Shown: positions 13,140 through 26,142 of the stretch, piece by piece | Layout: the number at the start of each line of letters is the position of its first letter | Numbering within the stretch: position 1 is the stretch's first letter | Assembly: GCF_006345805.1 (NCBI RefSeq) | Contig: NC_043016.1 | Coordinates: forward strand, 3,968,001 to 4,032,000 | Source: Octopus sinensis | Lineage: Eukaryota | Direction: 5' to 3' | Length of the DNA stretch: 64,000 nucleotides | Notes under the pieces: generated by a model | Told to the model about the DNA's origin: nothing | Databases searched by the model: none | What the model saw: the letters and a program-made list of their open reading frames with translations, nothing else | Position numbers and translations under genes: made by a program

Positions 13140-14430
13140 TATAATTGGTGTAGAATGGATGTCCGAAGCTCAAATTGCCTGGTTTTGATAGTCTGCCCAA
13201 TGATCTTTATATCTATATACTAATATTGTTCACAGGTATCCGGGAAGATGTCTACAGCTACATATAGCAGGGCTGGAGAATTCCCATTTCTATGAGTGAA
13301 AAAGTGAAGGTACTGCTGAGGAGAGATTAAAACAAAGAGAACAAAATTAAGATTTTAAGATTTTGGCTAAGGGGCCAGCATAAAGATTGGTGCTTGTCAT
13401 TGAGAGCATGGTTGGAAAAGTGGCATTTGTTCAATGGTCAAAATAAATGGCCACCTATTGGAAGTATTTCAAATCATAAACTCAATCTATGAAATCCTTT
13501 CCATTCTTTTCGGGTCACTACAGGGGGAAAATTATTTGTGGGTCATTTTGTTTAAATTGAAATGCAGCAAAACCATGTTGTCATATGTGAACAGCATGTA
13601 GGACACCATGACTGTTAGGGTGGTCAGAACCATTCCGAGGAGATGAGAGGCTTTGACAGGAGAAAAGATTAACTAGGTAGGCAGGTCATGCTGGGCTGAA
13701 TGGCTGGTCCAGCTAAATCACTTTAAACTCTAGTTTGGTCAGTGCCTCTTGATGAACAGGAACTAGGATAATGTGACAAGCAGCATGGTCAGTCTCACTC
13801 CGAAATGGGCAGAGATCAGGCTGCAAGAGTAAACATGTACTACATCACTTCTGTCTTATATTACCACCTGTACATAGAACCTTGTCCCAGTTTTCATTTC
13901 ACTAGATTAGTGTGCACTTCCAATTCTTGTGGAAGAGATGCATTCCATTAATCAAGCTGCCTTTCTGCCACCACCACTCTTTGTGTGGAAGGATTGGCAT
14001 ACTATGGTTGATGATATGCTGACAGGCAAACTTATAAAATCTTCCTAGACAGTGGTCATCCTTTGTTGGATGGATTTTCCCAAAGATGTCTCTTAGACTA
14101 AGCTGTAGTTCTGTGTCAATTGGAAACCAATACAGGGTGCCTGAAACCTGGAAATGTTGCCAGACACTCATGCTTCCATGCCAGTCAAGCAATGTGGTCG
14201 GTGAAAGTTGTTCTTTAGCATTCTATAAAATACTTGTGTGAGAGTGACAACTTCCTTATGGAAATGGGGTATCAATGTGTTGGTTGCTTTGATTGACCTT
14301 CGAAGTGATTGAACAAACAATCTCAACTGGTCAGGATCCACAGTACAGGCTCTACCATTCATCCTTTCAATCACTGAATATAAAATGTAGTTCCTGAGAT
14401 GTCTGTTCAGCTTATTTTCCCGAGTCACTA
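13140..14430. mobile_element. Two highly degraded Tx1-like RT fragments (about 13140-13700 on +, 13850-14430 on -)
   Basis: Plus strand LPGFDSLPNDLY resembles KSPGxDGLPYELY; minus strand HLRNYILYSVIERMNGRA resembles NLHLMRY..., with a LxxWFxxDLQL-like segment. Confidence 0.5.
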
Positions 14431-14479
14431 TCTCACCCTTGTACACCACAAGGTTACCCTTTTGCAGTTAAGTGAACTG

Positions 14480-14595
14480 GAGCAATGTGTAATGAAATGC
14501 TTTGCTCAAGAACACGATATACAGCCGACCTGGGAATTGAACCACGATCTCACAAATGTAAGTGTAACACTCTAACAGCTGAGTCATGCCCTTTC
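14480..14595 (-). mobile_element. tRNA-derived SINE fragment (family C)
   Basis: Reverse complement shows a tRNA-like head (gtggttcaattccc) followed by gtgttcttgagcaaagcatttcatt...ttgctccagttcact. Confidence 0.65.
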
Positions 14596-14779
14596 AGTCA
14601 CTAGGACATGACCTAAGTGATCTGTTCTGGAGAAATTTCAATGACTATGGACAATTTCCATAAATCCATGTCGTGTCAGTGCTATTGAGGTGCACTATAA
14701 GTGTGGGACAAACTCTACAGGCATGAAAGTTCCCATAGGACTTATTTGAGATGCAAGCATAGAGATAAAACTGTTCTAC

Positions 14780-17480
14780 ATATTCTCTTTCAGTGTTCAA
14801 GCATTGTTATACCTTCCTCCTTGGTCGAGCTTTCATTAACTTTTGTGAGTTCCACTAGAAAGTAAAGTGAGGGTAGAAAGTGGGGTACTACTACCACTGA
14901 ATTTGTGAAAAGGTGGGTGTCAGTGGTAAAAATAGTTAGAGTGAATGGCACCACTCTAGTTATTCCCATTTTTAGATATTTATATTTGCATAATTTTTAT
15001 TTCTCTTTTTGAGATACAGTATCATCTGTTGGAACTCATGTCATTTGGGAGGCATTTCTTTTATTGATGGTTCTTGACAATAATAATGGGTTATTTTGCT
15101 ATTCTCAGAGATCATTTCTGAAGTATGCTTGCACCATCCATTTTCTGTGGTATTTCATAATTCTGGCATAACTTCCAGTATGAGATCCAACTCTACTATG
15201 TCTGTGGATGTTTTTTTTATCTTTATTTTATTACTAAAACTTGGCAGCTAATTATAGTTGTTTAATTGTCTATTCCCCATCTCCACATATTCTACAGTTA
15301 CTGAGTGACTGCATTCTGATCTGTTATACATTTTGGTGAGGGTGAAATCCTGAGTCACTATCAAGGAACATTTGTCTCCGCTTGAGAACCATACTTCTCA
15401 GCCAGTGCTAAGATTTTCCCTTTAGTTCAGTTTGGCTTTATTATTATTATCATTATTGGCCATGTAGGAGCTTTTCTTGCCATTGCTTTATCATAACATT
15501 ACCAATGTTAATTTAGATTTCAGCTCATCCATAATTTTTGTTGCTTCTCCATTTTCTACGTAGCTTTTCTTTTTTATCAGGGAACCCTCTGTGCTTGCTG
15601 TCTTTTTTAAAGACAGAAAACAGTTATCTGTTTTCTTCATGTTTCCAAGCTATTTGAATTCATTTTCTGATTCTATACTAGATATTTTTATAGTCAGACA
15701 GTGGATATTTTCTCTTATTGCTTTGTATTCTTAGTAAATATAGTGTGTCACCTTCAGATTTTAGGTGGTATGTCCCAGAAGCATTCAATATTTACCTTGT
15801 TTTCCTGTCTAGTCTGGCTACTTCATTTAATACCTAACTGAAAATATTAAAATCATAACTGGAACAGCAAGACTGTTGAGGCCTGTTACTTTGTATTTTG
15901 CACATAGCTCTGTTTTAAGTATTAGTTTGTGCATCTATAATATTCCTCCCTGATGATCTCTGTTTACACAGTCTACAACTTGGTTTCATAAGTATTTTTA
16001 TGTCTGTATTAAGTATAATTCTCTTATCTCAGTTTCCATATCTGTTTTGTTGTTAGTGTCTTTCCTTCAAGGTTGCTTTGGCATGTTTTTCTTAACCAAA
16101 TTTCATACTTATTTCTTCAGTAAATTCCTGTATTGTTTGCACCAATGTTTCTTGTTGTTTACAATTAGTGGAATCCAACTTGAGATCATCCATAAAAAAT
16201 TTTTAAATGCTAAGAAAACTAGTTAATTCCATTACCATAGAATTTGTAACTATTTAACAATTAAATGTCATGATGCCAAAATGGAAATGGTCCCTTTTAG
16301 CTTTTGCAATTCCATTTTCTTGGTTTTGTTCACAAAATGTTTCATGCATTTTTTTTTTTTATTGCTGGAGCTACTTTACTCATGACTAGTGTTCATGTGT
16401 TCCATTTATGGAAATATTAACAAAAACCGCCCAGTAGTCAATCCATGCTCAGATTTGCCTTTTTCCTTCAGCAGTCTTTGGATATAGTTTTGTTGCGGTA
16501 ATTGACCTTTACAGTCAAATGTGTCTTTGCAACATCTCTTCTACCCTTCTGAAAACAGATTATTTTCTTCTATATGTTCACTGTCAATCATATTGTTGCA
16601 GTCAAATCTTTGAAGATTATAGGAAGACTCGTTACGGATCAGTAGTTTTGAGGACTTGTTGTTTCTGTAGATTTGGGAATTAAGATACTTTTTCTCTTCA
16701 ATTAGCTATTCAAGTGTTATCTCTGGGTTCGTTAGTATCTGATTAAATTTCTCTGATAGCAGCTTAAGTGTTCCTGTTAACCAGAAGTTGAGGATGTTAT
16801 GTCCTGGTGCTTTCCAGTCGTTTATTTTTGCAGTATGTAGATTATTTCTTCTGTTATTAATAATGCACATGGTTGTTTTGATATTGAGCACGTTGTGACT
16901 AATCTTTTTAGTGGTGATTACTTATCCCCAGAATGCTTTTATTTCTCCTGCTGTTGATGCTGCATTGACTTCTATTTCATTTTTACCAAGTTCTTAACAT
17001 AATTATTTTGGGTTGGACTCAAAAAAATCACTGACATTTTCTATGCAAACTGAATCTAGTGAGGATCTTTTGTTTTAGTTCTTTAATTCCAGATACATCA
17101 TCTTTTTATATTATATTTCTGCAGTATATCTCTCTTAACTTTCTTATTGTCTCTTTGTCTTACATTAAGTTTTGTCTTTATATTGTCAGTGCTGCTTTAT
17201 CATTGAGATTTATCCTTGGGATATGCTTTCATTAGTTCTAGTAAAATCTACTGCTCTTCACTATACCCTGCTTTACAGTACCATTGTCATGGTCTCCACC
17301 TTTAGAATTTCCTATTTTTAGATCTTCATAATCTCTGATATATTTTCTGATAGATTTTCATAATCTCTGATAATCCTATTTTTGTTTGTGCTTTGATTTT
17401 TTCTTAGTAGTGGGCATTTCTAGGTTTTGGGTTTGTCATGTTTTTTATTTACTTTATTAGTTCTATCTTCATGATTTACA
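14780..17480 (-). mobile_element. Degenerate R4/Dong-like LINE (RT, CCHC, RLE region and 3' UTR)
   Basis: Minus strand motifs WKAPGHNILNFWL, AWIDY, FMDDLKL, CRICGDGE and WKLCQNYEIP, with many stops. Confidence 0.85.
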
Positions 17481-17599
17481 TTCAGAATTTTTATTCTTTT
17501 TGGGTGTTCTGTAATCATTAATTGCGTTTTTGTAAAATATTCTTTCTCTTTAAATGTTTCACTTCAATATCAGTTTCATTTTGAAATGTTCTTTTTTTC

Positions 17600-18600
17600 C
17601 TCCATTCTGATGTTGTTACATGAAAAATTGACTCGTCCCTTAAACTGCACAATCTACACTTTGTCAATATTTTTCATTATCCAAGACCTTCATCCTGGAC
17701 TGCAAATGTCAATCCCTATGTTTCATAAAAAAGCCTTTTTCTTGCTACTTCCAGGATTCAATATTCTTTTCAATTCTCTTATTCTTTTTCAGTTGTCTTC
17801 TCACTCTACTGTAGTTCATCACTTTCTGTTCCTCTTTACTTGATATATTTTTGACTTGAGGATTGGTGTGTCAATAATATCACATATAATATATTTCTTG
17901 TACACGACAGAATAGCTGGCCTATTGTGTACTATCACATGGTCAGTTGGTTTTGTACGTCACAGTCCCAGAGGACTTTGTGACTTTTCGTGATCTATGCT
18001 TATACCAGTTGACCTCACTAGTCTGAGCCCATGTTTTTGCACCATTTTGGAACATTTTAATGTTACATGAAAAATTTGACTCGTCCCTTAAACTGCACAA
18101 TCTACACTTTGTCAATATTTTTCATTATCCAAGACCTTAATCCTGGACTGTAAATATCAATCCCAATGTTTTGTCAAGAAGACTTTTTGTTGCTACTTCC
18201 AGGATTCAATATTTCTCGTTCTTTCTATATCCCTTATAATTTTTCCATGTAACATTTTCTTTTTCCACAATTATCATTTTTGTTTCTTCCTAACAAATAG
18301 TTTCCACACTTAGCAATAAACCTTTTTAATGCACTCATTAGTCTCTCATTGGCTAATATACTTGGTCAGGTCTTCTTCCTCACGCTTAATACATTCAGTT
18401 ATGCTTAGCAGGCGTCTTTCGCATTCTTTTCTGACGATGTATATTATCTATGCATTATTCTGGGGTACTGCCATTAAGCTCTTGTTCTCGCCTTCCTGTC
18501 TATTTTATGCAACTCTTCTGCTAGTCTGCTATACCCACAACTGTACCTTTAAAATGACATTGTCCATAAATTTGTAGCTTTTATGATGTTGCCTCCATTG
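17600..18600 (-). mobile_element. Second R4/Dong-like fragment with an internally duplicated zinc-knuckle segment
   Basis: YIVRKECERRLLSITECIKREEE; KCRLCSLRDES...HV occurs twice; NWYKHRSRKV. Confidence 0.75.
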
Positions 18601-18849
18601 AATTTTGATAAAACTTAATGATTTAAACTAACAAGATGACTATCTTAAAGTGAAATTACTCAGTGAAACCTAAAACAAAAACACTCTTATAGTTCAATAC
18701 AAAAATGAGGATGACCTTTTTCTCCTTCTCACATACCTTAGTCAGTGTGTAATAAAAGTCAAAATTTCAGGTGTGTTACGAGATTAGACATCTGGTAGGT
18801 GGTGGCATGTATTTTCCTTGAAGGTCAGAACACTCTGCTCAATATGAAA

Positions 18850-20340
18850 AAAAATTTTTTAATAGAATAGAATTGAACAAGGTTGCAGATCTTGATCCTG
18901 ATAAAACTGGAGATACTGGATCAAATTCTTGATCTGATTGACCAACCAAATGGATCACAATTGTAGGTTATAGTGGAAAGCAGAAAACTTAGATTCAAAA
19001 CTTGGAGTAGCATCAACCACTGGAAGGTCTGTCCACAACAACACAACAAAGGGGAGCAAAAAGAAGAGCCATACTGCTACCAACAACAACAATATCAACA
19101 ATAATAACCAAAAACAATTAACAGTATGAAGAGAAGCCCCACAAACAAAGCAACAGCATCAACTACAGGAACAAACTTGGACTACAACAGCAGCACCACC
19201 ACCTCTAATAATGGCATCAATGGTAGAAGCCAGCACTGCAGTCCAGGAAAGAACAATTCCACTACAGCCACTGTTGCCACCACCACCGCCACCACCACCA
19301 CCGTTATAACCACTCCAACAAAAAGAGGCACTAGCTAATCTACAAGTATACACTCACTCATAGGTCTACCTTTTCCTTCTGGTTCAGAATTAATGGATTC
19401 AGAAACCCTGATCATGTGACAAGGGCAAAATGAAACCATTATTAAAAAAGACCTTTATTTGAAACCTCTGTCGTAAATAAAAGAAATCCTTCTCCTCATC
19501 CTCATCATCAGCAGCAGCAGCAACATACCACCGCCACCACCACCACCACCACCACCACCATGTTTTCATTATTGTTCTCACTGTGTTTGAACAAAAAGAT
19601 TAAAAAAAAACAAAGTGTAAAACTAAAGTGAGCCAACCAACAGCACCAGCATCACAATAATGACTTATCTAACACTCACGAGTACAATACAGTAATAAGA
19701 GAAAATATGAAAAGGAAATGAATACAGCAATAACAACAACAATAACAACATCCAGTCCAAAAGACAGAGAGCAGTCCTTTCAAAAGTATAACTGCAATTA
19801 GAGGAGATCGTAAAGATTCATTCTCACAATGTTTTTGTTTTTGCTGGAATATACTTGTAAAACTCAGGGCAATGAAGAGATGAATAGGCTGGAATTTCCC
19901 AGGAGACCTTCGAATCTGGATAATTCACCAGGATGTTTTGACTTGGCAGTGTTATTAAGAGATACTGATGGCTTGAGATAAATTCTATAGATACAGAAAT
20001 GCTGTCAAACAGGCTTACTTGAGATGTGCACAAATCCACAAAATGGTTCTGCAAGCATTCAGTCAGTGTTTGACATTAATGACTTGAAGAATTATGTAAA
20101 ACATAACATGTTGGCATGTTTAGCACAGATTCAGCTATGAATCAAGTCTATCATGAAAACCATTCCACTTCCTTCCTTTAGTTGGAAAGGACAGGCGGTT
20201 TACCTCTTTCTGGTTGTTAAGGGCAGTGATGGACTGAAGACAGTAACTTGCCTTTTTGGTCAAACCTCCACTTTCTCAAATTTCACTTGGAAAGGAAGGT
20301 AATAAAAAAAGATGGGTGGCTATGGCAAAAAATATCAACA
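18850..20340 (+). mobile_element. Tx1-like remnants (ORF1-like low-complexity region plus C-terminal zinc-finger region)
   Basis: About 19940-20070 reads LAVLLRDT...YRYRNAVKQAYLRCAQIHKMVLQAFSQC, matching the LPVRDKLYRxG..CPRC....ETVLHA..QC type C-terminus. Confidence 0.55.
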
Positions 20341-21926
20341 GTAATACTCCCATAGTTCACTCAGGTTTTGTGTAAATCCATTACTTTATGCAGCATACCT
20401 TTGAAATGTCCCCTTTATTTGAAACCTCTGTGGTAAATAAAAGAAGTCTTTCTCCTTCTCAACATCATTATCAGCAGCAGCAACATACCCCCACCACTAC
20501 CACTACCACTACATTGTTGTTCTTTCTTTCTTTTAAATGCTCTGTATCATGTCTCACCCAGAGAACTCAAGAAAAAGCAAGCTGATTGTTTTACTGTAAG
20601 TATTAGGATTAACAATGATACATTCCCGGGAAACAAGACCAAATGCTGGGCATCAAGATTTTATCAAAAGTTTGTAATTTATGATTTTAAAAGATTCAGA
20701 TATTCTCAGGTTGATAGCATTTTCTTTTTAGGCTGTAGGATATATGAATAAGAACAATATTTTGGGGTTTTACTACTTTGGGATTTCCTGCTGTTTGACC
20801 ATTTAAGAGCACCATTTGGTATTATTTGCATTCACTTTCTAAACATTTTCACAGAGATATTGCAGTCTGCTGGGATTGACACATCTATTAGTAAAATGCT
20901 TTATCAATGGGATTTTTCAACATAATATCTGGTCTATCAGCGTGAGCAACTCAACCAGTCAATGTCTATACTTTCTTCTACTTTGACAGGCTTATGTTAG
21001 TGCAAATACTGACTAGGTTTATAAAGCGATTAGTAAACTTATTTGAGGCTAACATAGCACCACCAAATTTTCATGTAGTCAATTGTTTCTTTGCTTGTAG
21101 CATGAAAGTGGCTGGTAGGATCAGTAAAATTTTAAAGAATATTGGTTTGATAATTTCTGATGGAATACAGTGATCCTTAGTTGAACATAATGAAATCTTC
21201 TGTTTTTCATTTAAGCCCAAATGCAGCCAACTACTGGTGTATGTCTGATTTACATCAATATCAGAACTGTTGGCTTATGTCAAGTATTTGCCAGGTATTA
21301 CCTTACTTTTCAGCCTACTACACAGCCAGGTGCAGTCCCAGGAATTTTTCAAAGAGAGGGAACAAGGTCAGAAGGGAATACAATTCCAGGAGAAAAGGGT
21401 GTAATAACATTATTTAGAAGGCACACTTCTTTTCTTGGGTGGGGTACATGCCCCTCATACACTCTCATGGGTCTGCCTCTGAAAGCTCTAAGATACCATT
21501 TGATTTGGTTTGTGCTTTTATTTTTGTTTTCACAGTTGGTTCTTCTGTTTCATCAGTTTTGTTGATCTTTAATTCCTTTACCATTTCTTTATTTTTGATA
21601 TTGAGTGTAGTTTCTTGGTGATTCATATTTGCAGACAAATTTAAGCATCCAGTAATTGGTGTTCTGTAGATCGGTGTCTCACCATATAGATGCTGCCTTT
21701 AGAAACAGTTGCAGCTGCATCAGTCCACATCCTCCATCATTTCATGATATGTATAGTTTGACTGTATGTTTTGTGAGAAACTTTGATATTTTTGTATCAA
21801 ATTTATTGATCTAATTGGCAGACCATTTTATGGTATTAAAGCTGAAGGTCATAACAGGTATAATAAACACAGTGATAGCACCAATCCTGATTCTTACAAT
21901 AAGTTCTTTTTCAGATAGCTTTAAAT

Positions 21927-22331
21927 AGGCGTAGGAGTGGCTGTGTGGTAAGTAGTTTGCTTACCAACCACATGGTCCCGGGTTCAGTCCCACTGCGTGG
22001 CACCTTGGGCAAGTGTCTTCTACTATAGCCTCAGGCCGACCAAAGCCTTGTGAGTGGATTTGGTAGATGGAAACTGAAAAAAGCCCGTCGTATATATGTA
22101 TATATATAAATGTATGTGTGTGTTTGTGTGTCTGCGTTTGTCCTCCCAACATCGCTTGACAACCGATGCTGATGTGTTTACGTCCCCGTAACTTAGCAGT
22201 TCGGCAAAAAGACTGATAGAATAAGTACTAGGCTTCCAAAGAATAAGTCTTGGGGTCAATTTGCTCGACTAAAGGTGGTGCTCCAGCATGGCCACAGTCA
22301 AATGATTGAAACAAGTAAAAGAGTAAAAGAG
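21927..22331 (+). mobile_element. Full-length bipartite tRNA-derived SINE, family B (CORE-like motif, internal TA/TG tract)
   Basis: Head ggcgtaggagtggctgtgtggtaag...gggttcagtccc; CORE-like caccttgggcaagtgtctt; tail ggtgctccagcatggccacagtc...gaaacaagtaaaagagtaaaagag. Confidence 0.92.
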
Positions 22332-22469
22332 AGTAATTCTCTAATAACATTCATTCTCAATTTTTTTATGTATTTGAGGGTGCCCCTCACACACACTTAA
22401 ATATTTGTAGTTTACTTCAATATCTAATTCCTTGCTTATAATTCATGTTATTATTGCTGCTGCTGCTGC

Positions 22470-22503
<34 letters not shown>

Positions 22504-22589
22504 ATTAAGAGAGCAAAGCAAACCATAAATGTGACACTGAGATACAAATATACAAAGCCCAGTATACTAATCATGACAACTCATCTGAT

Positions 22590-23040
22590 AAGGGTACACC
22601 AGACACATGCATCATAACCCTATGTGCATGACATGGTAATCTCATATTAAGATAAACAGTGCATGGCCTTGCAGGTGGGGCCCAGTTAGAATTTTCTTCA
22701 GGTCGAGTAGCCCATCCAACTCAAAAGGTCTTTGAATGATGGTTGCTTAAGTTTGATGAACAAAACACCCATGTTTCCAGAGGTGAATTATGCAAACCCC
22801 AGAGAATTCCTTTCATTATAGTGATATGATGCTCCCCCACTACTCCTGCTCGTGATCAGAGATGCACATATCATCAGCTACTAAGGAACATGCTTAATTG
22901 GTTAAGTTCAAGCAACTGACAAGTAAATCTGTGGTATAGCAAAACATTTGCAGTAGTACAACTTTTACATTAAGACTGAATATGAACATGTAAACACTTC
23001 CAATAAGTTAAGATCAGAAGCCATGAGAGCCACTGCTTGG
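22590..23040. repeat. Unclassified interspersed-repeat-like segment
   Basis: Higher-GC non-coding block resembling a LINE-UTR-type repeat; no second copy in the window. Confidence 0.35.
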
Positions 23041-23054
23041 TATTGAATCAGAAC

Positions 23055-23144
<90 letters not shown>

Positions 23145-23149
23145 ATATT

Positions 23150-24323
23150 AATCACAATGCTTTTCGATGGGAAAGTAACTTTTTTTATGCCACATTCAGA
23201 GATATTCTGTTTCTTTTCCTGAAAAAAGTCTGAAAGATTGTTTTCAGCTTCCTCTCTGTTTCTGAATGTTTTGCTTCGTATGAAACGTTCCAGTGATAAG
23301 AAGATATGGAAATCCATAGGAGCTAAGTCAGGTGAGTGTGGAAGATGTGGAAAAACTTCCCATCCTAATGATCTTATTTTTTTCTTGGGTTTGTTTTGAA
23401 GAGTGCAGCCAAACCATGTCATGCTGGAGAATAACGCCTTTTCTATGTTCCAAAGCTGGCTACTTTCAGTGTAATTTTTCATTTACCTGATCAAGTTGTT
23501 GGCAATAACATCAGCATTAATGATCCTTCCATGTTGCAATAACTCATAATGGACAATACCTTTCATATTCAACCAAACACAAAGCAAAGATTTTTGAGGA
23601 TAGAGTTCTGGTTTTGGTGATGACACTTGCCTCTCATTACGTGATAATCATTGTCTTTTTCGTTTTCTGTTGTCATGTAAAACCCATTTGTCATCACCTA
23701 TGACAATGTGCTGTAGAAATGATAGGTTGCTATTCCTGTTTAGAAGACTGCTCCAGATGGTGGAACATTGTGTTTGGTCCTTAAGCATAAGCTCATGTGG
23801 AACCAAAATTTCCTTTTTGCATGTTTCTCCAATCGGCTTGAGTTGTTCACGGATAATTGAACATGATACATTAAATTTTTGTACCAAATTTCTGGTGCTT
23901 TGACATGGATCTGAGACAATAGTCTAATTCAAAAGGTTGTCATTCAGAGTGGGTCATCTTCCGGAGTGAGGCTTGTCAGACATGTTACAATTGTCATCTT
24001 TAAACCTTTTAAACCCCAGCTGATATGTACAAGCTTTCACCGCATCTAAATATGCTTCACAAATGTTTTTCATTGCTTCTGCAGTGACGCTTTTTTTTTC
24101 AAAACTCGTACAACAAGCAATAGTGAATATAATTATTTCATGAAGTTCTTATTCTCCATAGGATTAATTACCAAAGTAACTACAAATGACACACATTGCC
24201 AGATAGAGGAGATGATACACTATTTCTAGACAGTTCCCACCCATTTGCCCTAGGCCCTGATGTGATTGGTTGATTCATATTTTATAGTGGTGTAAAAACC
24301 CAATTACTTTCCAAACAACCTAA
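23150..24323 (-). mobile_element. Mariner (DD34D-type) DNA transposon, degenerate transposase
   Basis: HIVIGDDKWVLHDN, PHE motif, LGWEVFPHLPHSPDLAPMDFHIF; terminus TA|TTAGGTTGTTTGGAAAGTAATTG at 24300-24325 resembles mariner TIRs. Confidence 0.93.
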
Positions 24324-24337
24324 TAATAATAATAATA

Positions 24338-24391
<54 letters not shown>

Positions 24392-24394
24392 TGA

Positions 24395-25150
24395 TAATCA
24401 AAGCCAGACATACAAATACTTAGGAATCACCAAGCTAGAAATGATACAACACACACAAATAAAAGAGAAAATAAAAAAAGAATACTATAAATGAGTTAGA
24501 TTAATACTAAAAACAGAGCTCAATGCTAAAAACATGATAATAGCTATCAACCTTCTAGCTGTCTCAGTTATAAGTTACAGATACTATATTCTTAACTTGA
24601 CACTAAATGAACTGACCAAAATAGACAAGAAAGCAAGAAAAATAATGACAGGATGTAGGATGCACCACACAAAATCTGACATAGAAAGGCTATATATACA
24701 ACGTATAGAAGGTAGTAGAGGCCTTATACAGCTGGAAAACTATTATAAAATAACCACCATAGGACTGCAAAAATACCTACTATAGAAGCACAGAAAACTA
24801 ATATAAATAGCCACAAAACATGAACAAAAAAAACTGTTTTCAGTCTTTAAGAAAGCTGTCAAATACAAAAAAGAAGTCATAGTACCTAACAAATATGAAG
24901 AAAAAGAAGAAACAACAAAAGATGTAAGACAAATGAAATCCAAACTAAAACTGGAACAGCAACGAACCATGATAAAACGAAGGCAAGAAAAGCCCCTTCA
25001 TGGCAAATACTGGACTTAACTAAATACAAAAGAAATAGACAGAGAAAAATCCCAGCAATGGCTGAGAATCTCAGGACTCAAAGCAGAGACTGAAGGATTT
25101 ATAATTGCAACACAAGCCTTCCCACCAGAAATTACCAAAAACATGTAATA
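24395..25150 (+). mobile_element. R4/Dong-like LINE fragment abutting (TAA)n
   Basis: LILKTELNAKNMIIAIN, HHTKSDIERLYIQRIEGSRGLIQLE, KPLHGKY, WLRISGLKAETEGFIIA. Confidence 0.9.
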
Positions 25151-25379
25151 AAAATTTTATTGTGTCTGGGGAGAGTCATTCTCTTTTAGTGCCTTATTAA
25201 TTTAACACACTCACTGTTCTGATTTCAATTCATTTGCAAGAGGCAACGCAAATTTTAATAAAAATAAATAAGTTTTTTTACTATGTAGCATTACTGTTCA
25301 TACATAAGCATCATGCAATGTATCTTTCATCCTGAAAGAGAGAGAAGCTTTTCGTTCTTAACAGAGGTAATAACTTTCC

Positions 25380-25870
25380 AAAGTTTTTCCAGCTAGGTCT
25401 TATTCTAGCGACTATGCTTTTAGTACATCCTCCTCCACTGCTAATTAGGTTAGCTTGATAACAAAAAGAAATCTACTACCTCTAAGGATCTTGCTGGGCA
25501 TTTGAGGAAGTCTATTTCCGATGTGTTGTTAATGATTAATATTCCTGGGCTTCTGCCACTTAAAAAGTCTACTTCCTCCGTTAATATTCTTGTGATTCCA
25601 TTAAACCTCTCTTACATGTCCACAGTTTACACTGAGTATACCTTATGGAACTTCTGCCTATACCTTTTCAAGGTAATTTTCCTGAAAGAGAGAAAAGAAA
25701 GAGGATATCAGTAATGTATAAAACCAAACTATATCTTGTCTAGGCTACCTCTTTCATAATTAATTGAGCTTTAACCCTTTCTGTAACTTTCATGACCTGG
25801 TCTAGGAATTTGATACCTCTCCAATGACTTCGATCTTACGTATCTCCTTTACTCTTGTAGCAGTTGTCTG
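25380..25870 (-). mobile_element. Mixed degraded LINE RT fragments (RTE-like and CR1-like)
   Basis: Minus strand ISSGGGCTKSIVARIRPSWKNF and RGIKFLDQVMKVTERV (RTE-like); DFLSGRS (CR1-like). Confidence 0.55.
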
Positions 25871-25947
25871 TAATACTGATACATCAATCATTGAGCATGA
25901 TAACCTCCTCTACAGCCTCATAAACTATAAACATATATGTGTACACA

Positions 25948-25981
<34 letters not shown>

Positions 25982-26142
25982 ACTGTTCAATACTTTATGA
26001 ATCAGAAAAGAAACAGGCACTCACATACTAGGAGACAGATTAGGTGTATTATTAGGTTACAGACATTTCTGATGATTATTGGATTTGCCTCTCCATTTCC
26101 AATATAAGACTATATGATAGTAATAAACTGGCTTGAATTCAA

